Assembly: GCA_051294375.1 (NCBI GenBank)
Contig: CM119264.1
Coordinates: 20,364,248-20,428,247 of the forward strand
Origin: Paraspadella gotoi
Lineage: Eukaryota; Animalia; Chaetognatha
Length of the DNA: 64,000 nt
Direction of reading: 5' to 3'
The position numbers and the translations under genes are program-made. The number at the start of each line of letters is the position of its first letter. The stretch's first letter is position 1. This document shows positions 1-12,586 of the stretch, one piece after another. Below the pieces are notes generated by a model, which was not told where the DNA came from, did not search any database, and saw only the letters and a program-made list of their open reading frames with translations.

Positions 1-306
1 AGCATCGATATTTTATCCTCCTTTTTCTTTCCTTAATTTTGTTTAGCCTTTTTTGCGATCATTTAAAGTGCCAAATTCTTCGATCTAGTATTCGTTTGTT
101 TACCTTCGCAAAAGCTGTAGTCGAGGAAAGCGGGGTCACTGACTTGGCGAGCCACGCAAGAATCGACCTAAAGAGTGTAGAGTAATATTTATCGGTCGAG
201 GAAGAAGGAAAGGGAAAAGGGGAAAAAGGAATAGATAGAAAGAAAGAAAGAAAGAAAATTAATAATGAATAAAAGAAAAAATAAGGAAATGGTTATAAAT
301 CGAAAC

Positions 307-1133
307 TACAGTCCTATGCAAAAAAAAAAAACCAAAAAAAACAAAAAAAACGCGCCACTTTATAACTTTAAATTTCAGACGCTCTATAAATATATTTTTA
401 AAAATTAAATATAAAAAATACATTTAAAAAAAAGTAATCAATGTGTTTAAATTTTATTACAATCGGTCAAGTGATTTAGGAAATATAATTTTTTAAACTT
501 GTGTTTCAAAACCAAACGGGAGAATCGACTTTTATCTACACTGATTTTTTTAAACTAGAAAAACTATAAAATGAAAAAGGCTGTTATTGTGGTTGTGACA
601 TTCAAATTGTTCAGTCATATACTCCAATGTCTATATTTATAAGATAAACTAAAATTTAATTTTTTTTAAAAAATATATCTTATAACAAGAGAGTCGTGTG
701 CAAAATCTGAAGTCACTATATCAGATAATTTAGCCATAGTATTTCATCATTTCATATTCGCTCCCATTTGAAATCCGTATCAAAGCTTTTTTTATTGTAT
801 GTTTTAATAACCTTAAGATTATTATTTAGGGAGCAGGAGTAATCCAGTTATCCAGCTATCCCTCTGGATGTCCAGTATGAAAATATAAGAAGAAAAAAGA
901 TTAATCTAAAATCTACTAGATTTTATAGATTTTTTTACATTCAGCTTTTCGCTAGAGTTCTTTATTTTAAAAAAAATATTGCTCCTAAGCTAATGGCCCA
1001 ATTTTAATAAGAAATATACCAAACTTATCATTTTTCAATAAAGTTTAAATACTTTTAAAATTAAAAAAAAAATTTAAGTACATAGGGTAATTTTTAAAGT
1101 CTGAAATAAAGTGGCGCATTTTTTTTTAACAGT
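307..1133. mobile_element. Degenerate MITE-like DNA transposon remnant (possibly Tc1/mariner-type)
   Basis: AAAAAAACGCGCCACTTTAT at ~344-363 is mirrored by ATAAAGTGGCGCATTTTTTT at ~1106-1125. The left side starts TACAG; the right terminus is degenerate. Confidence 0.35.
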
Positions 1134-2650
1134 AAAACGGGAAAGAAAAATTTTGTTCACTTCCCACGATGGCATTTTTTTACTAGCTACAAATAATCTG
1201 ACAATTTGCATAAATATCTCTTTGATATTGATAAGACCGACACATACACAATATCCAACAATTACCTGCAAGTCCCTAACGTTGCTAACGCAAGGAGTGG
1301 GAGACAGCAATACTTGCGACATGATTTTGTTATCTTCCCTTTTGTTTTTATTTTTTTTTCGCAAATATGGCGTCGGTGTAAAATACTAAATTCGTTTTAT
1401 CAACGAGATTCGTTAATTTTTTTGTGGGCCAAATTTTTTTTTCGTATTCAGTCTTTTTTTTTCATGATCCCGAAACTTGTTTTAAAAAGGCAGAAAAAAT
1501 CGTATTCTTCAAGATTTTAGCTCCTTTTTTATAGTTGAGGTCGATGTCTCAATGATCGTCGTCGTCGTCGTCGTTTTTCTCGTCGCTGCAATGTCGTCGT
1601 CGTCGACGTTGTAATCGTCGTCGTCATCATCGCCGTCGTCTTCGATGTCGACCTCGTCGGAATATTCCTTTCCTCTTACTTGTTTACCTCCTCTTCCCTC
1701 CCATCTTCCTCCTCCTTCTCTTCCTCCTCCTCCTCCGACATAGCATAAGCTAAGATTAAGGCCATATCATTTGTGCAACCTTGACTGAAAACAAGCTTTT
1801 AAGTTACAAGCTATATTTATAAATGTTCTTTCTTAAAAACGAATGTTCGATTGTTATAGGATCGATCAGAAATCTTGAATAGCTCTATGCTCTATAGCTC
1901 TAAAATTAAAAAAGGTTAAAAAACGCAGCCTTGACCTAGAGGCTATGATTCCGCTTCCCTGCAGTCCTCTGCGGCCCGTTGCCGGCCCCTGCCGTTTCTG
2001 ACCATCCGGTCCCACCCTCTCGGGCTTTAGATTTCGTGGATGACCCACTCCACTGCCCCTTTGGTGAACAAAACAAAATCTCGAGGCGTTTCATGCTCAG
2101 TAAAGAGAGGAAAAAAAAGAAAATTAGGCACAAGTTTTCAGCATAAGTAATTTTCGTAAAACCTTAATCGTGAAACATTATTTGGTATGTAGTATTAAAA
2201 TTTAAAAAGATAAAAATTGTAAAAAAATTGAATGGTACATTCTTAGTAGTTAAAACCATAACAAACATAGGATGATAGAAAAATATTACAGTACGGACTT
2301 AACATCAATTTTTACCGCAAAAAACTGTTTTCCTACTTACAACATTTAAAAAATAACCAGTCACTAAAAATTTTAAGCAGTCACTAAATTATATATATTT
2401 ATAAAAACATTTACTACTTATAATTAATTTTGTTTTTGAGCAGTTTTTCCTTATCACTGTAATAGTTTAAAAATTAGGGTTTCATGTATTTCTGCGACTC
2501 TTCCTATACCGCCTGCCTAAAATTTCTCCAATAATTCGTTCAGACTTTAAGAGAAACCCGTAAAAGTTGAAACAAAAAGTGTGGGCGCTTCTTATCGAGA
2601 ATAAACAAAGGCAGAGAGAGAGAGAGACAGCTAGTGAGAGCTCGTCAAAA

Positions 2651-2659
2651 ATGAGGAAG
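2651..2659 (+). CDS. Putative first coding exon (MRK) of the + strand gene
   Basis: caaaaATGAGGAAG|gtttct: A-rich start context and a phase-0 GT donor compatible with the exon at 3188. Confidence 0.45.
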
Positions 2660-2883
2660 GTTTCTCCCCTTATCTAAGCGAGTTTTATAAGACGTTGCCT
2701 TTCTTGGGATAGCGCTCACAACTTCACAACTTCACAAAATTAAACTGCGCAATAACTCCGTACGATAAGATAAACGAAAGGAAAGAATTTCGAGTCGATA
2801 ATTCAGACGAGACGGACTCAGACGGATCGAGCGACTCGTCTGCGGAAAAAAAACTTGCCCTTTAAATTGTACTATAATATTTG

Positions 2884-3007
2884 CAGGGACTTGCTATGTT
2901 ATTATCTTGATGGAGGCCTTAAACCACCAAAGCCTGTCCAAAGACAGGGACAAGATAGCTTATTTATTAAATGAATGGATAATTTTTATATTGGTTATAC
3001 CAATTCC
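2884..3007 (+). repeat. Interspersed repeat family H (3'-anchored, variably 5'-truncated; retroposon-like tail)
   Basis: ACCACCAAAGCCTGTCCAAAG...TATTGGTTRTACCAATT recurs at 12063-12320(-), 18749-18836(+), 47927-48095(-) and 50313-50344(+). Confidence 0.75.
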
Positions 3008-3187
3008 ATTTAAATATGTCGAATTTATTTACAATGCGAGGTTCCTCGAATTACGTACATTATTTGCATCTATGCAATGTGCGTTTGAGATACAAAAAAG
3101 ATTACACATGCAGAATAAACTTATATCTATATCAATTCTAATATTTGAAATTTTTCATAAGCCAGCCTTTGCTTTGCCTTTAAACAG

Positions 3188-3298
3188 TTGGATGCCTTGA
3201 CGCCGCAAATGCAAAGTCTCAACTCTGACCAGGACTCAAAGAAGAGCAGAAGCCAGGCCTTAAGAGGCATGTGGAAAACAGCTTTCAAAATGGCAAAG
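3188..3298 (+). CDS. Coding exon LDALTPQMQSLNSDQDSKKSRSQALRGMWKTAFKMAK. It recalls the N-terminus of invertebrate STAC-like (C1/SH3) adaptors, but this is recollection and unverified.
   Basis: Pyrimidine tract + AACAG acceptor, AAG|GTAATT donor, 111 bp phase 0-0, GC content above the flanks. Confidence 0.7.
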
Positions 3299-4356
3299 GT
3301 AATTCCGAAAATAATTTACGATGGAGATGCGAATACAGGAGTGGGACCAAGCATCCGAACGAAATTTAAAAAAAACATTTAGCTAAAATGCTTAATGTTT
3401 AGATAAATCTAAATAAAGATTTGTATTCTGCAGTCTTGGTTTTTTATCAATGTAATATTCATTGTATATTATCGTAATACTTGAAAAATATAATTTCTAA
3501 ATTGTATTGTTGCAGCGAAAGTGCGTATAAATTTTAACATTTAAAAAAATATTTATAAAGACAAGACATACTCATTTTTTAGGAATAGATAGCTCTGTTA
3601 AACAATCAAAACTAATTAGTGCTAATATGGGTATCGCAAGAAATCTCGTTAAAAATTGATTCAGGGATATTGATTATAATTTCTTAAAAGTAATTTACTT
3701 TGCTATCAACTATTTTTAAAACTAAGGTAGTCTGGTCCACAAGATTTTTTTTATACGAAAGAATCGGAAAATATATTAAAGTATACAGTTTTCAAAGAGC
3801 TTTCAGGCAATATAAATATTATTGTTATTTTTTGAAAGACTTTTTTATAAATCGGCCAGAAAGACATTAGGCTATCGAGAAGGGAGATTACATTCTAAGC
3901 TATCTTTCACCTCTTCGTGTTAAAGTAGAAGTAAACCGAAATAAATAATATTTATACATAAAAAAGGAGTATGTTAAAATTTCTTGACGTTTTCTTTTGG
4001 TGAATTTTTTTAGCGCTGGGTTTCAAATGGTCAAATAAATCTTGTTAAAATCCTTTATTATAAAAAATATTATAGGTCAATATTTTTTATGGAAGAAAGA
4101 ACTATTAGTGCAAATTAGTTAAAATTTAGACATCTGTTTGTAACTACTCAAACAGAGCGTTAGAGCAGAAGAATATTGATTCAATTTTAACCTCTCGTAT
4201 ACTAGCTCTTAAATGACAGGATCGACTTTATTTTAATTTACACGTGTAGATTCCTTTTTGAAAAATCTAAATTTCCAATTCCAAATTTTCCAAAAATTAA
4301 AGCTCAACTAAGGAGCCGACGTCGTTCTTAAAGATCGAGGAAGATTTTTTCCATGG

Positions 4357-5610
4357 TAGGACTAAGCTCTGACGAACAAAGCCCGAGGTTTTTTTAATAT
4401 ATTCTTTTACCGGCCAAGGTAGAATGACGGCAATTTTGCTAATATTAAGTTTCAAAAAAATCCGACCATAAATCTAGAAAATATTAACCAAAATTTTTGG
4501 AAAATCCACCCCTTCTTTGGAAGATTTTCGCTATAGAAAATTTTTTTCCGAATCTGACTCCCGGTTGAAAACTCTTAGAATTCCGATCGTTAGCTCCTCT
4601 TTTAAATAAATTTTAAATAAATAAATAAATAATTAAATAAATTTTAAATAAAAATTTCACCAAAATGGACTAATTCACTTTACCATGATCGTATCATATC
4701 AAAATAATCAAATAAAATGTAAAGAAAAATTTTGAGAGCCCTTCAGACACTTTGCCAAAGGATTCCAAAATTGGACGTCATTTGTTGAACAGGAACATAC
4801 TTCAGTCACGTTTATATTGTTTTCAAGGAAAAAAATCCCTTTAATTTCTATATAAAATCAGAGATAGAATATTTTTTCGTCCAGAAGCAGTCTATTTGTT
4901 CTGGCGATTTGAACGAAAATCTCCATTGAAAAAGTCTTCCTCAATTTCTAAGAACGCCGTAGACTCCTATCAATGGAGATTTTTGTTCAAATCTGACTAC
5001 CAAACAATATAAACGCTCCTGGGAAAAATTCCGGTAAAAAATTGATGTAAAAACACTTGATTCCGATCCTGTTGCATCTGAAGGGCTCGCATTTTTTTCT
5101 CTTGACAAATCATCAATATCTTGATATCAAACAAGCCAGAACAAATAGACTGCTTCTATACGGAAAAATTTTCCATCTTTGATTTTATATAGAAATGAAA
5201 GGGATTTTTTTCCTTCAAGAAAATATATATTATATTATATTAACATGATTGAGATATGTTCCGGTTTCACAAATGACGTCAAATTCAGGAATCCTCTAGC
5301 AAAGTGTTTGAAGGGCTCTCAAAATTTTCCTTTACATTTTATTTAATTATTTTAATTATTAGCTGATTTTGGTATAATTTTTATTTAAACTAAAAGTAAA
5401 AGAGGAGCTAACGATTGGAATTCTTAGAGTTTTCAACCGGTAGTCAGATTCAGGAAAAAATTTTTATGGCGAAAATCTTCCATCAAAGGAGTGGATTTTC
5501 CGAAGATTATAATATTAACAATATTGGCAACATTCTACAATATACGTTGGCCGGTACAAGAATATATTTAAAAAACCTCTGGCTTTTTTCGTCAGAGATA
5601 TTAGTCCTAC
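4357..5610. mobile_element. Foldback/MITE-like element with ~500-bp imperfect inverted arms
   Basis: GTAGGACTAAG..CTCTGACGAA at 4357 mirrors TTCGTCAGAG..TTAGTCCTAC ending at 5610. The mirroring continues inward to ~4900/5135. No clear TSD. Confidence 0.75.
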
Positions 5611-5829
5611 TAAACGGTATTTTTAGTTTTCTGCAGATTTTTAAAGATAGTTTTTCCCATTGTGTTTTTAACCCTTGTCTTTTGGTGCTATAGCTCTTGA
5701 ATGGTTGGACCGATCTTTACATTTACATATTTGAATTTCATTTTTAAAAATCTACATTTACTATTAAATTTTTTTTTAAATACATGCATTAAACGCATTA
5801 AACGTCAGTTTTTCCGACGCACTTTGCAG

Positions 5830-5973
5830 GCGAAGTCGAGGGAAACTGAAGAGGGCGAAGCCGGCGCCGCCGACACCGCTGCACCCGAAGGAAAAGGAGG
5901 GACGCCGCCCAGAGATGGCACTACTCCCGAACCCGAAGACAAAAAAGGGCCCAAACTGTATCACATAACCCAA
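5830..5973 (+). CDS. Coding exon AKSRETEEGEAGAADTAAPEGKGGTPPRDGTTPEPEDKKGPKLYHITQ (acidic, disordered)
   Basis: TTTGCAG acceptor, phase 0 continuing the previous exon, GC-rich. Donor CAA|GTTAGT (alternative donor at 5958). Confidence 0.65.
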
Positions 5974-6596
5974 GTTAGTCATAGCGGTATAGCGTCTGTT
6001 TGCTAAATGGCTTTAAATTTAACACATTAATAAACAAGTTTGAGCGAACAATGTCGGATCTTCCCACGATATTAATCGGTAATTAATTAATTTATTAATT
6101 AATTTAATTAATTAATTTAATTAATTAATTTGATCCAAAATGTTTGTTTTTAGATCTTTTCGTCACTGATCAGTGATCACGACAAAAGCAACGATGACGA
6201 TGATGGCGACGACGACAATAATGCCAATAACGATTGATTTCCTTGATTGATTGATTGATTGATTGATAAATAAATTGATTTATTGAATAATATATTGATT
6301 GATTAATTGACTGATTATTTAATTATTGATAAATTAATTGATTAATTAACTGATTTATTATTTGATTAAGTAATACTTCTTGCATTTACATTTAATATAA
6401 AGAGAAAAAGAAGCATAATCAATTAGTAAAACAGGTTTTTTTTCCATTTAAACTCATTTCCAATCAAACGATTTCATCGAAACTAATTTTCTAGCCTAAT
6501 CACACACTTTCCTACCCAAATAAAAAAATTCAAGTCAATTGCCCGATCCACTCTCGAGTAATTGGCGTTTAAATAGTGAAATATATTGTTTTGTTT

Positions 6597-7438
6597 TTAG
6601 TCGGATCCGCTTTCAGATCCCGACTCTATAATTCACTTTGTCGGTCCGTCGGTCCGCCCCCTTAATATTGTCGGGCACTCACTTATATCATGTCAGATCA
6701 TCGAATTATGATAAATTATGCAAATAAAACAATGTCCATCCGTCCGTCTGTCTGTCCGTCCGTCCGTCCATCCGTCCGTCCCACCTTAGCAAAAAACACC
6801 AATTACTCGTGATTGGATGGATGAATTGGAATGAAGTTTTGTGTGTGGGTAGGCAAGTGTGTGATTGAGCTGTATATGAAGTTTCGATGGAATCGTCCGA
6901 GTGGAAATGAGTTTAAATGGAAAAAACAAAAAAATATATTTCACTATTTGAACACCAATTACTCATGAGTGGAAGGGGCGATTGACTTGAAATTTTGTAT
7001 TTGGGTAGAAAGGTGTGTGATTAAACTGGAAATCAAGTTTCGATGGAATCGTTTGAGTGGAAATGAGTTTAAATGGAAAAAAACAAAAAACCTGCTTCAC
7101 TAATTGTTTATGCTTCTTTTTCCTTTTATATTAAATGTAAATGCAGGATGTATTAATAAATCAAATAAATAATCATTTAATTAATCAATTAGTCAATTAA
7201 TTAATCAATAATTAATTAATCAGTCAATCAATCAAGTCAATTGTTATCAACATTATTCTCATCATCATCATTGCTTTTATTGTGGTTAGTGACTAAAAGA
7301 CCTAAAAACAAACATTTGGGATAAAATTAATTAATTAATTGCCTAATTAATTAATTAACTTGAATTATTTAATTATTAATGAATTGATTACCGATAATGA
7401 TCGTGGGCAGATCCGACATTGTTTGCTAAAACTTGTTT
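6597..7438 (+). mobile_element. HINE family A (Helentron/DINE-1-like) full copy
   Basis: 5' subTIR AGTCGGATC(C/T)GC with an adjacent partial inverted repeat, (GTCC/GTCT)n microsatellite, 3' subTIR GCAGATCCGAC plus a short hairpin. Inserted in a T-run without TSD. Confidence 0.85.
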
Positions 7439-7496
7439 CCATTTGAACTCATTTTCACTCGGACGATTCCATCGAAACTTCATATCCAACTCAATC

Positions 7497-7593
7497 TAGG
7501 GAAGTCTGGCGTTAAGCGTCCAAGATAAAAATTAGCGAATAAAAAAGTTGTTATTTTACTCACTGAATAAAAATACTTAAAATACTTACCCTA
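7497..7593. mobile_element. 97-bp hAT-like micro-MITE
   Basis: Termini TAGGGAAGT / ACTTACCCTA; flanking direct repeat CTCAATC (7 bp, or 8 with the shared A). Confidence 0.7.
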
Positions 7594-8990
7594 CTCAATC
7601 ATACAGTTTCCTACTAACACACAAAATTTCATTCCAATCCATCTATCACGAGTAATTGGACGGACAGACGGACACCATTTTTTTTGCATAATTTATCATA
7701 ATTTGAGGTTCTGAGATGATCTAAGTGAATGACCGACAAGATTGGGGGGGTGGACAGATGGACCGACAAAGTGAATTATAGAGTCGGAATCTGCGATATG
7801 CAGATCCGACTAAAAAACAAAATGAATAGGAAAGAAGCAAAAGATATATGTATAAATAACTGTAGTAAGTTAATTGTCGAGCGACCCTTCCGACTTCCGA
7901 CAATTGGGAATAAATGCCGATAACGATGAGAAAGATCTTAATGATAAGAAGGAAAGGAAACAAGTATAATATAATATAATATGTATATATAATTATATAT
8001 ATATAATCCGCGCTTCATTATAGAAATAATGAACGTGTATTATAAACGCTAGTCGACAACTTCCCATTTTGCTCAGATAAATATTCGTTGTCAGCTTCGT
8101 CGTCGTCACTTGGTACAGAAACTTTCGAGTTTGTCTACGACTTAGTCGTCGACCAAAGAACGAAATTTTTTTTATCGAGATGCCTCGCACGGTTGTAAGA
8201 GCATCTCAATTAAGGACACTTTAGTGAGTCCTTATCAAAATTAAACGAATAAACGATAATAATTATAATCGGAATCGTATGGCTCTTTGATCGATATAAT
8301 TAACAGAAAAAACCCATAGAACAAACATTTTTTTTTTAAATATGAAAATTTTTTGATGGATTCTGATTGAGCATATTTGATATATTTGATGTACTATGAT
8401 TTTATCAGTTTTATTATGTTGTGCTTTGCGTGAAATGAAACGTAAGCGCATTGTATTCGTAACGAGAAACTAATTTTTTTACCGATTGTAAAGAGAAGTA
8501 AGAAGAGGAAATACGACTAAAAGGGAAACGACCTTTAAAAGTACTAAGTTTCTATTTGGTATGTCGAGGTGCTCTCTGGTTCTTTGAGAATCGACCGGCA
8601 AACTTATTTTTTCAATATTAATTGCAATAAAAAAATACTGCAGTTGCCATTTTTTTTAGGAAAAAAAACCATCACCCACCTTTGACTTTTTGAAATGTTA
8701 TTATCTCATCAAAGTTATCTCCACGAGGTACTATTTATTTAAACATTAATTTTTTTTTCAATTTTAGACCCTGATTTTGTGTTTTTATATTTTTTAAGGA
8801 TTTGATTCAAACTCCTAAAAAATATGTTTTTTACTCGGCGCTTTTTTAGTTGTTCTATCGTTTTCACTCTTGACTTTTAATCTTGTATCGTTTCCCGCCA
8901 ATTGTGTACTTTAATTATATCCCAAACCGGTCAGCTTTAATAGTTAATTTTCTTTTGTTGTCTACCTGCGTGTCGACTAGTTTCGCTCAG

Positions 8991-9069
8991 ATTGGGTTCG
9001 ATGAGCTCGTCAAGGATAAAAACCCGTTTAAGGCAGGAAATGCAGAATTAAAACCTCCCTGTGAACTAG
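8991..9069 (+). CDS. Coding exon IGFDELVKDKNPFKAGNAELKPPCEL
   Basis: CTCAG acceptor in phase 0. Donor TAG|GTCTGC in phase 1, followed by a 79-bp intron ending TTTCTGCAG. Confidence 0.5.
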
Positions 9070-9148
9070 GTCTGCCAGTGAATGTTCATGAATATTTACG
9101 TATAAATCAAAGACGTTTTTCTGTTCCTGACTACTGCACTTTCTGCAG

Positions 9149-9177
9149 ATGAAATCCAAAATATACCTATTGAAAAG
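9149..9177 (+). CDS. 29-bp micro-exon (D)EIQNIPIEK
   Basis: CTGAC branch-like motif, TTTCTGCAG acceptor, AAG|GT donor. Phase 1 in and phase 0 out, fitting both neighbours. Confidence 0.5.
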
Positions 9178-9253
9178 GTTTTTTTTTATTATCTATCCCG
9201 CACGCGCATTTAAATTAAAAATATAATTTTACGTAATAGTTTTTTGGTAACAG

Positions 9254-9382
9254 ACAGAACAAGTTAACAGGAAAGACGTACCTGTCGACAAGGGAATTGA
9301 AGATGACAACGACGTCGACGGCGACGAAGACGAAGACGATTTCCTGTTCTCGGAGCTGCCTTGTTCCCGTCTCGAACAGTTC
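9254..9382 (+). CDS. Coding exon TEQVNRKDVPVDKGIEDDNDVDGDEDEDDFLFSELPCSRLEQ(F)
   Basis: T-rich tract + AACAG acceptor, open in phase 0, acidic protein-like composition. The donor is at either 9379 or 9383. Confidence 0.6.
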
Positions 9383-9774
9383 GTAAAGTCGTTTATCAAT
9401 TCATTTCTTAACTGTTCGCGTTCTTGTCTCAATTAGGTCATTATCGTTGTCGTTGTCATTGCTCGCTCCGCGGGTGCTCAACAAGTTAAAATTTGGTTTC
9501 TAATTTCGTCATTTTCCCGATTTCAAGTTGTCTTTTGATTCTCATGTTCTCATGTTAGTTGAATTGAAATGTAGTTAGCTTATTGTCACACTTCAGCGAT
9601 CCAGTGACATGTAGGCCTCCGCTATTTAATCGTAGAGAATATTCGATTTACTACTCAAAAAAGAACACAATATTGGACCAGAGTCTTATTTCACATTGGG
9701 CGTTTCCATTCTTTCTTTCTTTTAAATATTTTAATCGAAATTCTTTCGTAGCCTTTTTGTTGTTACATACCTAT

Positions 9775-10262
9775 TAAAGCGTTCATGGACATTCCTGTAC
9801 CTGTGCAATAGATATTTTTTATTTGTCAATTTTCGCATAGCCCATATTTATACGTCGTACTTACTCACCATAAAAAATATCATTTTTCATTAAGTGGGTC
9901 AAAATACTAAAAAACTATTGTATATAAATATACATATATATAATATATAATTAACCTATAATTAAATTTTAGTATAAATAAATAGTGTTTTTTTATTTTT
10001 AGTTAATGAAAGAATTTTTAATTAGGACTGGAATTTTTTTTATCAACTTTTTATGACGAATTCGAATCTGCTTTCAAAACTAAGAAAAAAACTTTTTTTA
10101 AATTTTGACATTTCTATGGTAAGTATTATGTATAAATATGGGCGTATGCAAAAATTGATAAATTATTATTATTATTAGTTTTTTCATATTCAATTTTCTT
10201 TAGTGCAAGACAGTTCATGAACAACTATTCGAATTTTGATCTTCAACTTTCAGTACGCCTTA
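9775..10262. mobile_element. hAT-type MITE family E (TAAGGCG termini)
   Basis: TAAAGCG...CGCCTTA termini, perfect 8-bp TSD ATACCTAT, internal similarity to 36239-36900. Confidence 0.8.
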
Positions 10263-10861
10263 ATACCTATGTTTTGCCAGTTTTAATATTATTTTGTGAT
10301 TCATTTGTTTTTAGATTTTTTATTTTTTTATACTTGAAATATTAAGTTTTATTATCAAATTTAGTTTATGAATTTTGACATAATAATTTTTTAAATTTTT
10401 AGCTGAAAAGAAAAGAAAAATTCGTGTTCTTTTTCTTGAAAAAATCGTCAACGGCAAGTTTCCTATGCCTCTAGCGTTAAAATAGCCTTGTCAAACAAAA
10501 GTCAACTCTATAATTATGAAGGTTTTTTTTAACTTAATAAAAAAAAACTTTCTCTATTTGCACCTTAGTAGAACATAAAAAGTATGCATTTAATCATTCA
10601 AACGTTATACTGATTAAAACTTGAAGAGCCGCACGTTAACTGAAATTTATATTTGACCACAACTCAATTTCTCTTGGACAGACTTTTCTATCCACCAGTC
10701 GATTGACCTCTTGTAAGAGGAAAATCGTAAATATTATTTAGAGAAGATAAAATTGGTTTTTCGCTATAATGTTTGGATTGGTCGTTTCTCATCGAATCAA
10801 AACCCTTGGATTTATGAGTTTAACCTGAATTCTGACTCTTGCTCTGAACGCCGAAAGAAAT

Positions 10862-10884
10862 AGGGAGAGAGAGGAGAGAGAGAG

Positions 10885-10970
<86 letters not shown>

Positions 10971-10985
10971 GAGAGAGAGAGAGAT
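10862..10985. repeat. (GA)n/(GATA)n microsatellite
   Basis: Direct inspection. Confidence 0.95.
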
Positions 10986-12062
10986 ATAAGAAAGTCAATG
11001 AACCCCAATCCCCTTCAAAACGTCGTACGGGAAAATTTGTGATCATTTATCATTTCGAGGTTTTTTTAAGTGAATCGTATTCAATGGTTGTACGTTGTCT
11101 TTTCGTAGCTGTCTTTGTTCCCAAGCCTTCGAGCCGCGAGCCACTCGGCTCATAAAAAAATGATTGATTATAAAATTACCAATGACCGTTGGTGAGATAT
11201 GCGATCGGCCTTAAAATATGCGAGTGACCTTAAAAGCAAGCGCTTAGCATACGAGAGGGTTAAACTCGTTCAAAAAATGATTTATTGCTATTTTCATCCA
11301 TTTTCTAACAAAAAAAAATATATATATCTAAATCCCGTATGTTTTTTTCGTCCAAAAATCATACCACTTTCTTTATCTTGTCATCTTCACGCCAAATCAT
11401 CATCGCATTCTGTCGTCTTCGTCATCGTCACCATCATCGTTATCATCATCCTCATCTTTCTCATCGTCGGCCCCATGTTGTCTTCCTGTTTAGATCATCT
11501 CCTCTTTCATTCGAATTTCAAGTGAAATCAGACTAAAAAGAAATAAATAGGAAAAAAAAACTGAAAAATAATTTGTTTTTAGTTTTATCGCGAAAAAATT
11601 TGTGGGGCTTCGTATTTAAAAAAAGATCCGAAAAATTAAAACTTTGTTCCAACCTAATATTCGTTTATTCTCCTCGACTGTTTTGTTTGGGATTTGTTTT
11701 GAACTATTTTTCTTCGCTCGTCCCCGAGAGGCTCGTTCAAATGATGCCAAAGGACGAAAAAACGATGGGGAAAATGAAAAGTTTATCCAACCGGTTCATC
11801 TTCGCCAAGGTTTGTTACTTTTTATCTATGATTATACCAATTCGTTTGTTGAACGACAAAATGTTTAGAATTCAATCTTGTTCAAGGACCCGAAATAAAA
11901 AAGTAATATTAAATTTAAAGAGAAAATTCGTTTCACTATTGACAATGTTAACTCTTTATATTTTCTAATTCTTCAAATGTGTCTGCAGAAGAACATTATA
12001 AATTCACTTGTTGACTTTTAATTTTCTATTTACTGTAGAATTCTTACAAGCGATTTACTTTT

Positions 12063-12320
12063 GAAACTGGTACAACTGATATAAAATTATCCATTCATTC
12101 AAAAAACAAGCGATCTTGCCCCAGACTTTAGACAGGCGTTGGTGGTTTGGTGGTTTATACTTAAAGACAGACATAGTCAATAGACATAGCAGGACGCTGC
12201 AAGTTTTCAATCAAGACTCTCTTACAGTCTCGTTTTTTCACTCCCAGAGTACCTGGTTTTCCTATCGATGAAGTGGTATAATGTTTCAAAGAATGTTTCA
12301 ATTGAATAAAAAGACCACTC
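12063..12320 (-). repeat. Family H copy (longest, diverged)
   Basis: Reverse-complement match to 2884-3007 and 47927-48095; the 5' boundary is approximate. Confidence 0.65.
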
Positions 12321-12543
12321 TCGATATATATCGTCACATTGTAAAGCATGAAACGTTAACTTTGGATTTGTTTTATTTCTGCAAGCCGTAGTAGTAATTC
12401 GCTATTCAGCAGTACTTTCCCGATTTAAGATTTCGTTAAAGCGAGCTTGGTCCTTTGAACTCAGTACAAACGGGTCGAATCAGTCGATCTCCCTCAGTCA
12501 ACAACGAAAACGTTTTGTTTGTTTTGGCTCCAAATCTCCCTCA

Positions 12544-12586
<43 letters not shown>

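Larger units (their letters stand above)
6032..7813 (-). mobile_element. HINE family A (Helentron/DINE-1-like) copy, interrupted by two insertions
   Basis: Reverse-complement 3' end (AAACAAGTTTGAGCGAACAATGTCGGATC) at 6032 and 5' end (GCAGATCCGACTAAAA) at ~7800-7813. The sequence is collinear across the inserts at 6597-7438 and 7497-7593. Confidence 0.8.

Noticed and set aside
9085-9152. ORF text HEYLRINQRRFSVPDYCTFCR resembling the start of a C1 zinc finger
   Set aside because: It ends in a stop right after CxxC and coincides with a branch point/polypyrimidine/CAG acceptor; it is better explained as a 79-bp intron.
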